A stretch of 64,000 nt of DNA from an uncultured bacterium. GTDB taxonomy: Bacteria; Verrucomicrobiota; Verrucomicrobiia; Limisphaerales; UBA8199. Each line of letters opens with the position of its first letter. Positions within the stretch are counted from its first letter, which is position 1. Below the pieces are notes generated by a model, which searched no databases, was not told the DNA's origin, and was given only the letters and a program-made list of their open reading frames with translations. The position numbers and the translations under genes were made by a program. Positions 1-9,608 of this stretch are shown in pieces. The stretch is from positions 96,001-160,000 of the forward strand of contig CAVVMW010000005.1 of the NCBI GenBank assembly GCA_963749495.1, read 5' to 3'.

Positions 1-674
1 CACCGGACAAGGGGGCGGCAGGGGGCCGGCCGGATTGAGCAGGGCGGGCGGCAACTCTGGGGCTTGCAGTTGCTCCAAGTTCCGCGGGCTTAAGGGGCGC
101 ACCCACAGTTCCTTGGGGTGTTGCGTGTCGGTGTAGAAGTCCTGCCAGTTTCGCTCATAGCCCTGGGTCGGCCCCAGTTGTTGCCAACCCGCCGCTTTGT
201 AGCAAGTGCCCTTGAAACGTTGTGGATCCACGAAGGTCTCCATCCCCAGCACCGGATGACCAAAGTGCTCCTGCCAATCCCGGGCTAGGCGCTCACAGAC
301 CAGTTTCAAGACCCGAGAGGCCAAATTCGGCCACCGACCGCTGCTGGGCAGCACCAAAAACCGGGCGTTCTGTGCAATCAAGTGCCGCCGTTCCTTGACT
401 TGGCGGGGGGACCATTTGAGCCAGCGATCCCGTGGCTTGAGGTGCAAGGCGGGCGAACCAAACACCAGGAGCGCCACCCACTGGCCCTGATACTCGGCCA
501 CATACCGCAGCACCTGCCCCACTACCGTGGGGTTCTTTAGATAATGCTTGGTCGCCAGCAACTCATCGAAGCGATCTCGATCTGATTCGTCGATCAACCG
601 CAGAGTGATTGCGCTGAGCAGCCTGGGCTCGGGAGGGAGCCCCCTTTGAAACAGTCGGCCAAATGAATAGACAT
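1..674 (-). mobile_element. DUF4338-domain N-terminus of an ISAs1-type transposase gene (runs off the window, frameshifted)
   Basis: Manual minus-strand translation gives ...RFDELLATKHYL...LRYVAEYQGQWVALLVFGSPA...NARFLVLP...NLASRVL...ETFVDPQRFKGTCYKAAGW, typical of DUF4338. Frame breaks near 640 and 410. An ISAs1-like end CAGGGCGGCTGG lies on the minus strand at 770. Confidence 0.75.
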
Positions 675-779
675 GGCCCCAGTCCAGCACAGTCAGAGGA
701 CCGACGCCAGCCAATTCTTCCTAAGTCATTGCCCATTAGAGCGCCCCCCGGGTCCTTGCCAGCCGCCCTGTAACCGGTG

Positions 780-965
780 CGGGGCCGTTGACAAAGTCGT
801 AGCGCAGGTTTCCAAACCTGCCGTATCGCCGATTTCCAAATCGGCAGGGCGTCGGCATATCGCGCGCGCCCGGCTTGCGGACGGCCTGCGGGTTTGGAAA
901 CCCGCGATACAGCAGACTTGGAAGTCTGCGCTACGGCGCACCAAGGGACTTTGTCAATGGCTCCG
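780..965. mobile_element. MITE with 19 bp imperfect TIRs and 9 bp TSD, containing a GTAG-type REP pair
   Basis: CGGGGCCGTTGACAAAGTC (780-798) matches the revcomp of GACTTTGTCAATGGCTCCG (947-965) at 17/19. TAACCGGTG is duplicated at 771-779 and 966-974. Internal GTAGCGCAGGTTTCCAAACCTGC...GCAGACTTGGAAGTCTGCGCTAC at 799-934. Confidence 0.8.
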
Positions 966-1080
966 TAACCGGTGAAGGCGGAGACGGAGTCCCCGGCGGA
1001 CCCCTCCCCCCAAGCCTCCCCGCCCCCCTGCCCCGATTCAATCGGGGAAGGGGACCGCGAGAAGCGTCCGCCGTTCTGGA

Positions 1081-1112
1081 CTTTAGCCTTTAGCCTTTAG
1101 CCTTTAGCCTTT
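1081..1112. repeat. Heptamer microsatellite (CTTTAGC)x4
   Basis: Read directly; it contains the stop codon of the C39-like gene. Confidence 0.9.
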
Positions 1113-2294
1113 TCTTGAGTCCCAGTGTCCGAACCGGTCTTTTGGGGGCTTGGCGTCCTCGGGGTAGATAAGATAGACGGCGTTTTTCGAATAGGCCCAG
1201 GCGGAGATGACATTTTTGCGCGGCACGATTCTGCGGACGTTCTGGCGTCTGCCCGGGTCGTTGATGATGACATCGCCCTCGGGCGTAAAGCCGGCGCAGA
1301 CGATGAGATGGCCGCTGGGCGGCCCATCCCTGCCGGAGAGCTTGTTGGCGCAAACCGACAGGACCACCGGGAACCCGGCGGCAACCCAGTCCTCCAGCTC
1401 GGCGATGTCGCTCAGGCGGGTGACATAGGCGCGCAGGCCGGGAAAGGAGCCGGCATAGGCGGTGTTGAAGGCCCAGTTGCCGGTGCCTTTCCAGACCGGG
1501 TCATAAACGGCCTGGGCGACCTCCGGCACGCCGCGCTCCAGCTCGGGCCGGTGGAGTTTGCGGCCCCAGAAACCGAGGATCATCGAGAGCGTGGTCGGGC
1601 TGCAGAGGACCACGCCATTCGAGTAGGCCATCTGGGAGCGCTCCGGGACATCGAGCACCCGGCCCCAGGCGGCCTGGTTGGGCGGCAAGACGGCAGGCCG
1701 GGCCTTCGTATTGTCCACGGTTATCCCCAGGAACCTCAGGCCCGGAGGCTGAGGCCCCTCGGCGCCCAGCGTGAGCCGGACCTGCAATTTCCGGCAGGGG
1801 GCCTTCAAGATGAGCGTGTCCGTGGCTACATCTCCGTCGGCGTCCTTCTGTCCCCCCACGCTCTGGCGCGGATGGCGGGCGGGGTTGCCGGAGTAAAGCG
1901 CCATAGTGTAGTACTTGGTCGCGCGTTCCGGGTAAAGGGCCCGGACCTCGACCTTGAGCCACGCGTCCTCCGGCATGTCCGCGTTCCAGGAGATCACAAG
2001 CTCGTCCCACGGAATACGGGCGGCGAGCGCCGGCGAGGTCAGGACCCTTTCGCCCGGTTGTGTCCCCGGCGCTTGTGCGAAGGCGGAGAAACGGCTTAGG
2101 CCCAGGAACTGACAGCCCCTGGAGTCAACGGCCCAGGCCGTTGCCGCCGCCAGGACAAAGCAGGCCGTCGCGAAACAGGCGCCGAGCCTGAACCAAAACA
2201 CAGGGCGTGGAGCCGCAGGGGGCAAGTCGTTGGAAGCAAAGCGGTCCCGGTGCAGATCGGGACGCTCCAGGCGCTTCGGGAAGGAGGGACGCAC
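1104..2294 (-). CDS. Peptidase C39-like family protein, probably secreted
   Basis: Motifs RSQM...CSPTT, GNWAFN, GHLIV...G...NDP. Start uncertain (GTG 2294); the upstream part of the ORF runs through a repeat. Confidence 0.8.
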   Translation of the reverse strand: MRPSFPKRLERPDLHRDRFASNDLPPAAPRPVFWFRLGACFATACFVLAAATAWAVDSRGCQFLGLSRFSAFAQAPGTQPGERVLTSPALAARIPWDELVISWNADMPEDAWLKVEVRALYPERATKYYTMALYSGNPARHPRQSVGGQKDADGDVATDTLILKAPCRKLQVRLTLGAEGPQPPGLRFLGITVDNTKARPAVLPPNQAAWGRVLDVPERSQMAYSNGVVLCSPTTLSMILGFWGRKLHRPELERGVPEVAQAVYDPVWKGTGNWAFNTAYAGSFPGLRAYVTRLSDIAELEDWVAAGFPVVLSVCANKLSGRDGPPSGHLIVCAGFTPEGDVIINDPGRRQNVRRIVPRKNVISAWAYSKNAVYLIYPEDAKPPKDRFGHWDSRKG

Positions 2295-2427
2295 GCGCCA
2301 AGTCGCGAGACGTTTGCCTTGGCTCTGCGCATCCCCGGCCGCGAATCTGGATCGATCGTCCGTCAAGCACGTCGAGTCTGGAGGATCTGCCGGCCAATGG
2401 CGAGATCGGATCGCGGGGCGAGGAGAC

Positions 2428-2510
2428 GCAGGAAAAGAACAGAAGGAAACGAAGGAAACGAAGGAAACGAAGGATCGAAGCCCCAGATCAGCTCTGAGAG
2501 CTGCGATCTG
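2428..2510. repeat. Intergenic repeat family with (GAAGGAAAC)n core; further copies at ~16393-16490 and ~25153-25280
   Basis: AGAACAGAAGGAAACGAAGGAAACGAAGG recurs in both orientations at the three loci. Confidence 0.8.
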
Positions 2511-2637
2511 GTGGCCTAAGAAGAATTTTGCCTCACCCCGTTGCGCGCGGGGCGGCCTGATTTGCATTCTTACCGTGCCGGAATATAGTGGTCGGACAAA
2601 GACCGCCGCGGCAATGTTTGCGGCCCCGCATGAAAGG

Positions 2638-3711
2638 ATGACTATGAACAAAGCAGCAGTGAGATGGATGGCGTGGCTCGCCCTGGCGGCGGGCTTGACC
2701 CTCAACCCGGCCCCCGCCGCCACCCTCAAGGTCGGCGACCCGGCCCCCAAACTCCAGGTTGCCAAGTGGGTCCAGGGCGAACCGGTCAAGGAGTTCCAAC
2801 GGGACACGGCCTATATCGTCGAGTTTTGGGCCACCTGGTGCGGGCCCTGCCGCGTCTCGATCCCGCACCTCAACGAGATCCACAAGAAATTCAAGGACAA
2901 GGGCCTGGTCGTCATCGGGCAGGACAGCTTCGAGAGTGAGGAGGGCAAAGTGGAGCCATTCGTCAAGGACATGGGAGAGAAGATGACCTACCGCGTGGCG
3001 ATGGACGACGGCCAGCACGGCACGATGGCCCAGACCTGGATGGACGCGGCCAACCAGCCCGGAATTCCGACTGCGTTCGTGGTGAACAAGCAGGGAATCG
3101 TCGCCTGGATCGGCCACCCGATGGAGATCAATGACGAGACGGTCCAACAGGTGCTCGATGGCAGCTACGACATCACCAAGGCGGCCGCCGAATCCGCAAG
3201 GCGCGCCAAGCTCATGAAGCTCTCCGGCCAATGGTCCAACGCCATGAAGGACAAGAATTGGGACGATGCCGAATCGGCCCTGGACCAGATCGAGAAACTG
3301 CTGCCCGAAGGCCAGCGCTCCAGTGTCAGCCTCCCCCGCCTGAAGGTCCTCCTCTCCAAGGGCGATACCAAGGCCGCCAGCAAGCTCGCCAGCCAAGTCA
3401 GCGACTCGAACAAGGACAAGGCCATGATGCAGAACGACCTGGCCTGGGAGATGCTCACCCATAAGGACGTTCAAGAGCGCGATCTCGACCTGGCCTACAA
3501 GATTGCCGTTCGCGCCAATGACGCCGCCCAGGGCAAAAACCCCGCCATCCTCGATACCCTCGCCCGCGCCCTCTTCATGCAGGACCAAAAGGACAAGGCC
3601 ATCGAACTCCAGGAAAAGGCCGTCGCCCTTGCCGCGGACAACGACCGCGCCAGCTACCGCAAGACGCTCAATAGCTATAAGGAGGGGAAACTGCCCAAGG
3701 CGCAGGAGTAG
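2638..3711 (+). CDS. TlpA-like thiol:disulfide oxidoreductase (redoxin) with C-terminal TPR-like helices
   Basis: Signal peptide, LKVGDPAP, EFWATWCGPC, GIPTAFVV, C-terminal LDTLARA. Confidence 0.9.
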   Translation: MTMNKAAVRWMAWLALAAGLTLNPAPAATLKVGDPAPKLQVAKWVQGEPVKEFQRDTAYIVEFWATWCGPCRVSIPHLNEIHKKFKDKGLVVIGQDSFESEEGKVEPFVKDMGEKMTYRVAMDDGQHGTMAQTWMDAANQPGIPTAFVVNKQGIVAWIGHPMEINDETVQQVLDGSYDITKAAAESARRAKLMKLSGQWSNAMKDKNWDDAESALDQIEKLLPEGQRSSVSLPRLKVLLSKGDTKAASKLASQVSDSNKDKAMMQNDLAWEMLTHKDVQERDLDLAYKIAVRANDAAQGKNPAILDTLARALFMQDQKDKAIELQEKAVALAADNDRASYRKTLNSYKEGKLPKAQE

Positions 3712-3712
3712 C

Positions 3713-3785
3713 GAGTGCGGAGTGGGGAGTGCGGAGGGCGGAATGACGAATGACGAATGACGAATGACGAATGACGAATGACGAA
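3713..3785. repeat. Compound heptamer microsatellite: degenerate GAGTGCG units, then (GAATGAC)x6
   Basis: Read directly; GAATGAC units at 3741-3782. Confidence 0.9.
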
Positions 3786-3959
3786 AGCCTTGGGCCTGAA
3801 GGGCCAATAGAGCCTAGCCCAGGGGAGTGTGGCGTGGGCGTCGTTTATGTCCCTTTTGTCGCTTTTGTCCCTGCTCAGCCCCGGCAAGTGCGGCGTGCAG
3901 GTCGCTTGCGGCCTTAAATATGGGATGGTCAATCCGGTTCCAGGGGTTAGATTGCTCCC

Positions 3960-6644
3960 ATGACAGAGCCGGAACGTCCTAACCCAGACGTGCTGCTGGC
4001 CGCCCTGGAACGGGAGGACGCCCGAAAGGGGCGTGGCAAGCTCAAGGTGTTTTTCGGCATGGCGCCCGGGGTGGGCAAGACCTACGCGATGCTGGAGGCC
4101 GCCCGCCGCGAGGTGGCCGCCGGGCGCGACGTCGTCATCGGCCTTGTCGAGACGCACGGGCGCAAGGAGACCGAGGCGCTGGCCGAGGGCCTGCCCGTCA
4201 TCCCGCGCCTGACGGTCGAGTATCGCGGGGTGCCCTTGACGGAGCTGGACCTGGACGCTCTGCTGACGCGGCGTCCCCAACTGGCGGTGGTCGACGAGTT
4301 GGCCCACACCAATGCCCCCGGGTCGCGCCATCCCAAGCGCTACCAGGACGTGCTCGAGTTGCTCGACACCGGCATTGATGTCTTCACCACGCTCAACGTC
4401 CAGCACGTCGAGAGCCGCGCCGAGGCCGTCCGCCAAATCACCGGGATAACCATTCGCGAGACCCTGCCCGACACGGTCCTGGACGGGGCGGAATTCGAGC
4501 TGGTGGACCTGCCGCCTGAGGAGTTGCGGGCGCGGCTGACGGCAGGCAAGGTCTATGTCCCCGAATCGGCCCGGGCCGCGCAGGACCATTTTTTCCGCCC
4601 GGGCAATTTGTCGGCCCTGCGCGAGCTGGCCCTCCGGTTTGCCGCCGAGCACGTCGGGTTGGACGTGCTGGCCTACCGCCAGGCCCAGGGCATCGGCGAC
4701 CCCTGGAAATCCGGCCAGCGCCTGCTGGTGGCGGTCAGTCCCAGCCCGACCTCCGCCGCCCTGGTGCGCTGGACCCGGCGCCTGGCCAGCGAGTTGCAGG
4801 CGCCCTGGCTGGCAGTGTATGTCGAACTGCCCCGCCCGCTCAACCTGGACGAGCAGGAACGGCTCAACCGCCACTTGGCCCTGGCGCGGGAACTGGGCGC
4901 CCAGGTCATCCACACCACCGATTCGGATGTCGCCCGCGGCCTGTTGCGGGTGGCGGGCGAGCAGAACGCCACGCAGCTTGTGGTCGGCAAACCCGCGGGG
5001 TGGCGGGCGTTGGACCTGTTGCGCGGCGGCTCGTTGCTCAACCGGCTCATCCGCGAGAGCGGGCACATTGACATCCACGCCGTGCGGGCGGAGGGCGAGG
5101 CGCCGCTGTTCCGCAGGCTGGCCCCGCCGCGCTACAGTCCCGCTGCGGCGCGCGGTTATGGCACTGCGCTGGGTGTGGTGGCCGGGGTGACGGCCTTGAA
5201 CAGTCTGCTGCACCAGTGGACGGGTTATCAGACGCTGGCGCTTACCTACCTGCTCAGCGTGGTGGTCCTGGCCATGTTCGTGGCCCGCGGCCCGACCCTG
5301 GTCGCGGCCACGCTGACGGCCCTTCTCTGGAACTTCCTGTTTGTGCCGCCCCTCTACACCTTCCGCATCCAGGGCACGACGGACCTGATGTTCTTCTTCA
5401 CCTACTTTGTGGTGGCCTTGGCCATGGGCCATCTGGCCGCCCGCCTGCGCGCGCAGCAGGCCGCCGAGCGGCGCCGGGAGCAGCGCGCCACCGCCTTGTA
5501 CCTGCTCACGCGCGAATTGGCCCAAGCCACCGATTTCACCGACCTCCTGGCCATCATCATCCGCGAGGTCGGCAAGGCCACCCACGCGGAGGCGGCCTTG
5601 TCCATGCCCGACGAAAACCGGGACGGCTCCCTCACTCCCTATTTCGCCAGCACCTGGTTCCTCACCGAGAAGGAGCAAAGCGTCGCCTCATGGGCCTTTC
5701 AACGGCGGCAACCCGCCGGGCGCGGCACCGACACGCTTCCCTCGGCCGAGGGGATGCACCTGCCCCTGCTGGCCGGCGAGCGGGCGGTGGGCGTGCTGAG
5801 CGTGCGCTTTGGCGACGACGCCGCCCTGGGCGCCAGCGAACGGGACTTGCTGGAGGCCTTTGTGCGCCAAATCGCCCTGGTGATCGATCGCCAACGGCTG
5901 CGCGATGCCGAACAGCACGCCAAGATGGTTGAAGAGTCCGAGCGCCTGAGCAAGACCCTGCTCAATTCCATCTCGCACGAGATCCGCACGCCCATCGCCG
6001 CCATCGACAGCGCCGCCGCTACCCTCAACGCGGCGCGCAGTCGCGGGCTGGCCGAGGTGCCCTGGACCATGGTGGATGAGATCCAGGAGGCCACCCGCAG
6101 GCTCAATCGGCTGGTGGGCAACCTCCTGAATATGACGCGGCTGGAATCGGGGCACGTCAAACCCAAGCTCGACTGGTGCGACGTGGCGGACCTGGTTCAC
6201 GTGACCTTGAGCGAAATCGAAAAGGACCTGGCCTGCCATCCAGTGAGCGCTGAAATCGCCCCGGGCCTGCCGCTGGCGCGCATGGATTTCGTGCTGATGC
6301 AGCAAGCGCTGACCAACCTGTTGCTCAACGCAGCGGTCCATACTCCGGCTGGGACCCAGGTGCAGGTGCGGGCCGGCGCCAGCAACCAGACGTTGGTGCT
6401 CACCGTGGCGGACAACGGCCCGGGCCTGCCCCCCGATGCGGTCCCGTTTCTTTTCGACAAGTTCTATCGGGCGCCAGCCACGCCGGCAGGCGGCACGGGT
6501 TTGGGCCTGGCCATCGTCAAGGGCTTCGTCGAGGCCCAGGGCGGCAAGGTCCAGGCCCAAAACCAGCCCGGGGGCGGGGCCGCCTTCACCATCCGCCTGC
6601 CCTTGGTCAAACCCCCGCCCGTCACCGCCGAACCAGTTTTATGA
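3960..6644 (+). CDS. kdpD: Sensor histidine kinase KdpD
   Basis: GMAPGVGKTYAML, DELAHTN, Usp-like domain, 4 TM segments, SHEIRTP H-box, GTGLGLAI. Confidence 0.95.
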   Translation: MTEPERPNPDVLLAALEREDARKGRGKLKVFFGMAPGVGKTYAMLEAARREVAAGRDVVIGLVETHGRKETEALAEGLPVIPRLTVEYRGVPLTELDLDALLTRRPQLAVVDELAHTNAPGSRHPKRYQDVLELLDTGIDVFTTLNVQHVESRAEAVRQITGITIRETLPDTVLDGAEFELVDLPPEELRARLTAGKVYVPESARAAQDHFFRPGNLSALRELALRFAAEHVGLDVLAYRQAQGIGDPWKSGQRLLVAVSPSPTSAALVRWTRRLASELQAPWLAVYVELPRPLNLDEQERLNRHLALARELGAQVIHTTDSDVARGLLRVAGEQNATQLVVGKPAGWRALDLLRGGSLLNRLIRESGHIDIHAVRAEGEAPLFRRLAPPRYSPAAARGYGTALGVVAGVTALNSLLHQWTGYQTLALTYLLSVVVLAMFVARGPTLVAATLTALLWNFLFVPPLYTFRIQGTTDLMFFFTYFVVALAMGHLAARLRAQQAAERRREQRATALYLLTRELAQATDFTDLLAIIIREVGKATHAEAALSMPDENRDGSLTPYFASTWFLTEKEQSVASWAFQRRQPAGRGTDTLPSAEGMHLPLLAGERAVGVLSVRFGDDAALGASERDLLEAFVRQIALVIDRQRLRDAEQHAKMVEESERLSKTLLNSISHEIRTPIAAIDSAAATLNAARSRGLAEVPWTMVDEIQEATRRLNRLVGNLLNMTRLESGHVKPKLDWCDVADLVHVTLSEIEKDLACHPVSAEIAPGLPLARMDFVLMQQALTNLLLNAAVHTPAGTQVQVRAGASNQTLVLTVADNGPGLPPDAVPFLFDKFYRAPATPAGGTGLGLAIVKGFVEAQGGKVQAQNQPGGGAAFTIRLPLVKPPPVTAEPVL

Positions 6645-7340
6645 AGGAAACCTCAGCAACCCAACCCAACGTGTTGGTCATCGATGACGAACTGCAGATC
6701 CGCCGCCTGCTGCGGGTGTGTCTGGAGAGCAACGGTTACCGCGTCCTGGAGGCCGCCACGGGCCGCGACGGCCTCACCGAGGCCGCCCAGCACCCGCCCG
6801 ATGCCATCATCCTCGACCTGGGCCTGCCGGACATGGACGGCGTGACGGTGCTCAAACGGCTGCGCGAATGGAGCCACGTCCCCGTGGTCGTGCTCTCGGT
6901 CCGCGACCGGGAAGAGGACAAGATTGCCGCGCTCGACAACGGGGCCGACGATTATGTGACCAAACCCTTCGGGACCGGGGAGTTGCTGGCGCGGCTGCGC
7001 GTTGCGCACCGGCACGCGCTGCCCTCGGCCCAGAGCCCCATCTTCCACTCCGGCAGCCTCGAGGTGGACCTCAATGCGCGAGTCGTGAGGCTCGAGGCCA
7101 AAGAGGTCAAGCTGACCGCCACGGAATACTCATTGTTGCGCCTGTTCATCCAGCACGCGGGCAAGGTCCTCACTCACCGCCAGCTCCTCAAAGAGATCTG
7201 GGGACCCAACTACGCCGAGCAGACGCAATACCTGCGCGTCTATGTCGCTCACTTGCGCGAGAAGCTCGATAAGCGACCCTTCCAGGCCCCGGCTCATCCT
7301 CACCGAGCCGGGTGTCGGATACCGGCTGGTGGCGGGGTAG
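6641..7340 (+). CDS. kdpE: Response regulator KdpE (frameshift near 7272)
   Basis: OmpR-type receiver plus wHTH; ATGA overlap with kdpD. The expected C-terminus DPSRPRLILTEPGVGYRLVAG* continues in another frame to TAG 7340. Confidence 0.9.
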
Positions 7341-7356
7341 GCCCCGCTCCGCAGAG

Positions 7357-7437
7357 ACCTTTGTCGCAACCTTTGTCGCCGCCTTTGTCGAAGCATAGCC
7401 AACCCGACAGAGGTTGCGACAAAGGCTGCGACAAAGG
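7357..7437. repeat. Palindromic element built from 12-mer CTTTGTCGC units; further copies at ~16228-16308 and ~23427-23507
   Basis: (CCTTTGTCGCNN)x3 followed by inverted (GCGACAAAGG)x2-3 at all three loci. Confidence 0.85.
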
Positions 7438-7530
7438 TCCCCTGGAACAGGCATTCCATGCACGGCGCTGTGAAAAACGCCCTTGTGGGCTTGCCCTCGC
7501 AGGTGCTATCAAGGGTCGAAAAACCAATCT

Positions 7531-8423
7531 ATGATTATGCACCGAGCTTTCTCCTTTGCGCGGGGCCTTTGCCTCCTCGCACTCACGCTGGCGCCGGCCC
7601 TGGGGCTCCGCGCCGCCGAACGCATCCCCGAAAATTGCAAGGTCGGCGGCTTTGCCATCGGCACCATTGTCTATACATTCAATAACTTCACGCTGTTCGA
7701 GGCGCTGGAGAAGACCGCCCAGGCGGGGGGCACGGTTGTCGAGCTCTCGGCCAAGACGAGCCTCAGCAAGGAAGAGGCCAATGTGCCGTTCGATTATCGT
7801 GCCTCACCGGAGGTCATTGCGAAGGTCAAGGCCAAGCTTGCCCAGTGCGGCTCAAGGCCGTGAGCTACGGCGTCATCCCCTTGCCGGGCGGCGAGGCCGA
7901 AGTGCGGAAGCTCTTCGAGTTTGCCAAGACGATGGGCCTGCGGGCGATCACGACCGAATCGCCCGAGGCGCTCGATTTGATGGAGAAGATGGTCAAGGAG
8001 TACGACATCATGATCGCCCTGCACGACCACCCGCGCAATCCCAACAATCCCAACTACCGCATGTGGGACCCCAACTACATCCTTTCCCTGGTCAAGGATC
8101 GCGACCCGCGCATCGGCGCCTGCGCCGACACCGGCCACTGGCTGCGGTCCAACCTCAAACCGGTGGACTGCCTGCGTATCCTCAAGGGCCGCATCGTCAC
8201 CAGCCATCTGAAGGACTTGAACCGGATGGGCCTGGAGGGTGCCCATGATGTGCCCTACGGCACCGGCGTCGCCGATATGGGCGCCATCCTGGAGGAACTC
8301 AAGGCGCAGGGCTTCGAGGGCAACCTCTCCATCGAGTACGAACATCACTGGGACAATTCACTGCCGGAGGTCGCCCAGTGCATCGGCTTTGTTCGCGGCT
8401 ACGGGGCCGCCAAAGGCTGGTGA
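7531..8423 (+). CDS. Sugar phosphate isomerase/epimerase (xylose-isomerase-like TIM barrel), frameshift ~7850
   Basis: Signal peptide; YTFNNFTLFEALEK; CADTGHW, HLKD, SIEYE. Split over two overlapping ORFs. Confidence 0.8.
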
Positions 8424-8485
8424 ACGAACAAACCCCAACCCTGCCGGCGCTTGACACCAGGTCCTGGAGGTGCTACGCCTGGAGC

Positions 8486-9445
8486 ATGGCAAAGCAACTT
8501 TCTCGTCGTGGCTTTGTGAAGTCGTCGCTCCTGGCCTCTGCGGCCATCCCGCTGGGCTTGAGTGCGGCAAAAGCCAACTCCCAAAACCCCGTCACGCCCG
8601 CCGCCCCGGCGGAACCCCTCCCCAAAGGCCAGATCGCCGGCCAGGAGTTCAGCCGCCTGATGATGGGCGGCAACCTCATCGGCGGCTGGTCGCACTCGCG
8701 CGAGTTAACCTACGTCTCGACGCTCATGCGCCGTTACAACACCCACGCCAAGGTTCGCGAGACGCTCGAATTGGGCGAGAGCCACGGCATCACGGCCATC
8801 AACACGTGGGTGATGGACGACAACTCGGATATTTTCGAGCACTGGAAGTGCGGCGGCAAGATCAAGTGGTTCGCCCAGGCGCGCCCGGATGGGGGCGGGG
8901 GCTTCTCCCAAATCCAGAAGGCCATCGATCAGGGAGCGGCCGGCGTGCACCTCACGGGCGACGCGTGCGAGGGCCTGATCGACCAGGGCAAGTTCGAGAA
9001 GATCGCCCAGAGTGTGCAATTCATCAGGTTGCAGAAGCGCATCGCCGGCGTGGCGGCGCACGACTTGCGCGTGATCGTCGAGTGCGAAAAGGCGGGACTG
9101 GACGTGGACTTCTATCAGAAGACCCTGCACACGCACGATTACTACACCGCCCCCCGCCCGGACGACAGCGGGGCGTTAGGCGCGCACGACAATTCCTGGT
9201 GCGATGATCCGCAGGCGGTCATCAATGTCATGGCCAAAATCAAGAAGCCGTGGATCGCCTTCAAAGTCCTGGCCGCCGGCGGCATCCATCCGCGCGCCGG
9301 TTTCCCCTTCGCCTTCAATGCCGGCGCCGACTTCATCCTGGTGGGCATGTTCGACTGGCAGATCGAGGAGGACGCAAAACTGGCTAAGCACGTCGTCAAC
9401 ATCGTGGCCGGACCCAACTCGAAACGGACCCGCCCGTGGGTGTGA
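8486..9445 (+). CDS. Tat-exported hypothetical protein, aldo/keto-reductase-like barrel
   Basis: SRRGFVK twin-arginine signal; SRLMMGGN, KPWIAFKVLAAG, GADFILVGMF. Confidence 0.7.
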   Translation: MAKQLSRRGFVKSSLLASAAIPLGLSAAKANSQNPVTPAAPAEPLPKGQIAGQEFSRLMMGGNLIGGWSHSRELTYVSTLMRRYNTHAKVRETLELGESHGITAINTWVMDDNSDIFEHWKCGGKIKWFAQARPDGGGGFSQIQKAIDQGAAGVHLTGDACEGLIDQGKFEKIAQSVQFIRLQKRIAGVAAHDLRVIVECEKAGLDVDFYQKTLHTHDYYTAPRPDDSGALGAHDNSWCDDPQAVINVMAKIKKPWIAFKVLAAGGIHPRAGFPFAFNAGADFILVGMFDWQIEEDAKLAKHVVNIVAGPNSKRTRPWV

Positions 9446-9608
9446 AGCCCGCGCAAGGAGTTCGGCCCGCAGAACACGCAGAACACGCTCAAGCCGGGGA
9501 TTCCTCCGGTCCGACCCGTCTGACTCGTCCGACCCGTCCGACTCGATAGGGAAGGTGGGCGCTCCTTTTTCGCCTCGCGCCCGGGCCGATCCACGGTATG
9601 TTGCGGGC

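Noticed and set aside
1..674. Druantia (DruA) defence system
   Set aside because: The DUF4338 sits directly inside an ISAs1-like end and no other Dru genes are visible.
673..975. Small ORFs over palindromic repeats (also 41783-42403, 45239-45499, 16204-16674)
   Set aside because: They are translations of REP/MITE sequence with no independent coding evidence.
3675..5678. Long antisense ORFs (also 9489-11231, 20986-22857, 58055-59644 and others)
   Set aside because: These are shadow ORFs opposite well-supported genes in GC-rich DNA.
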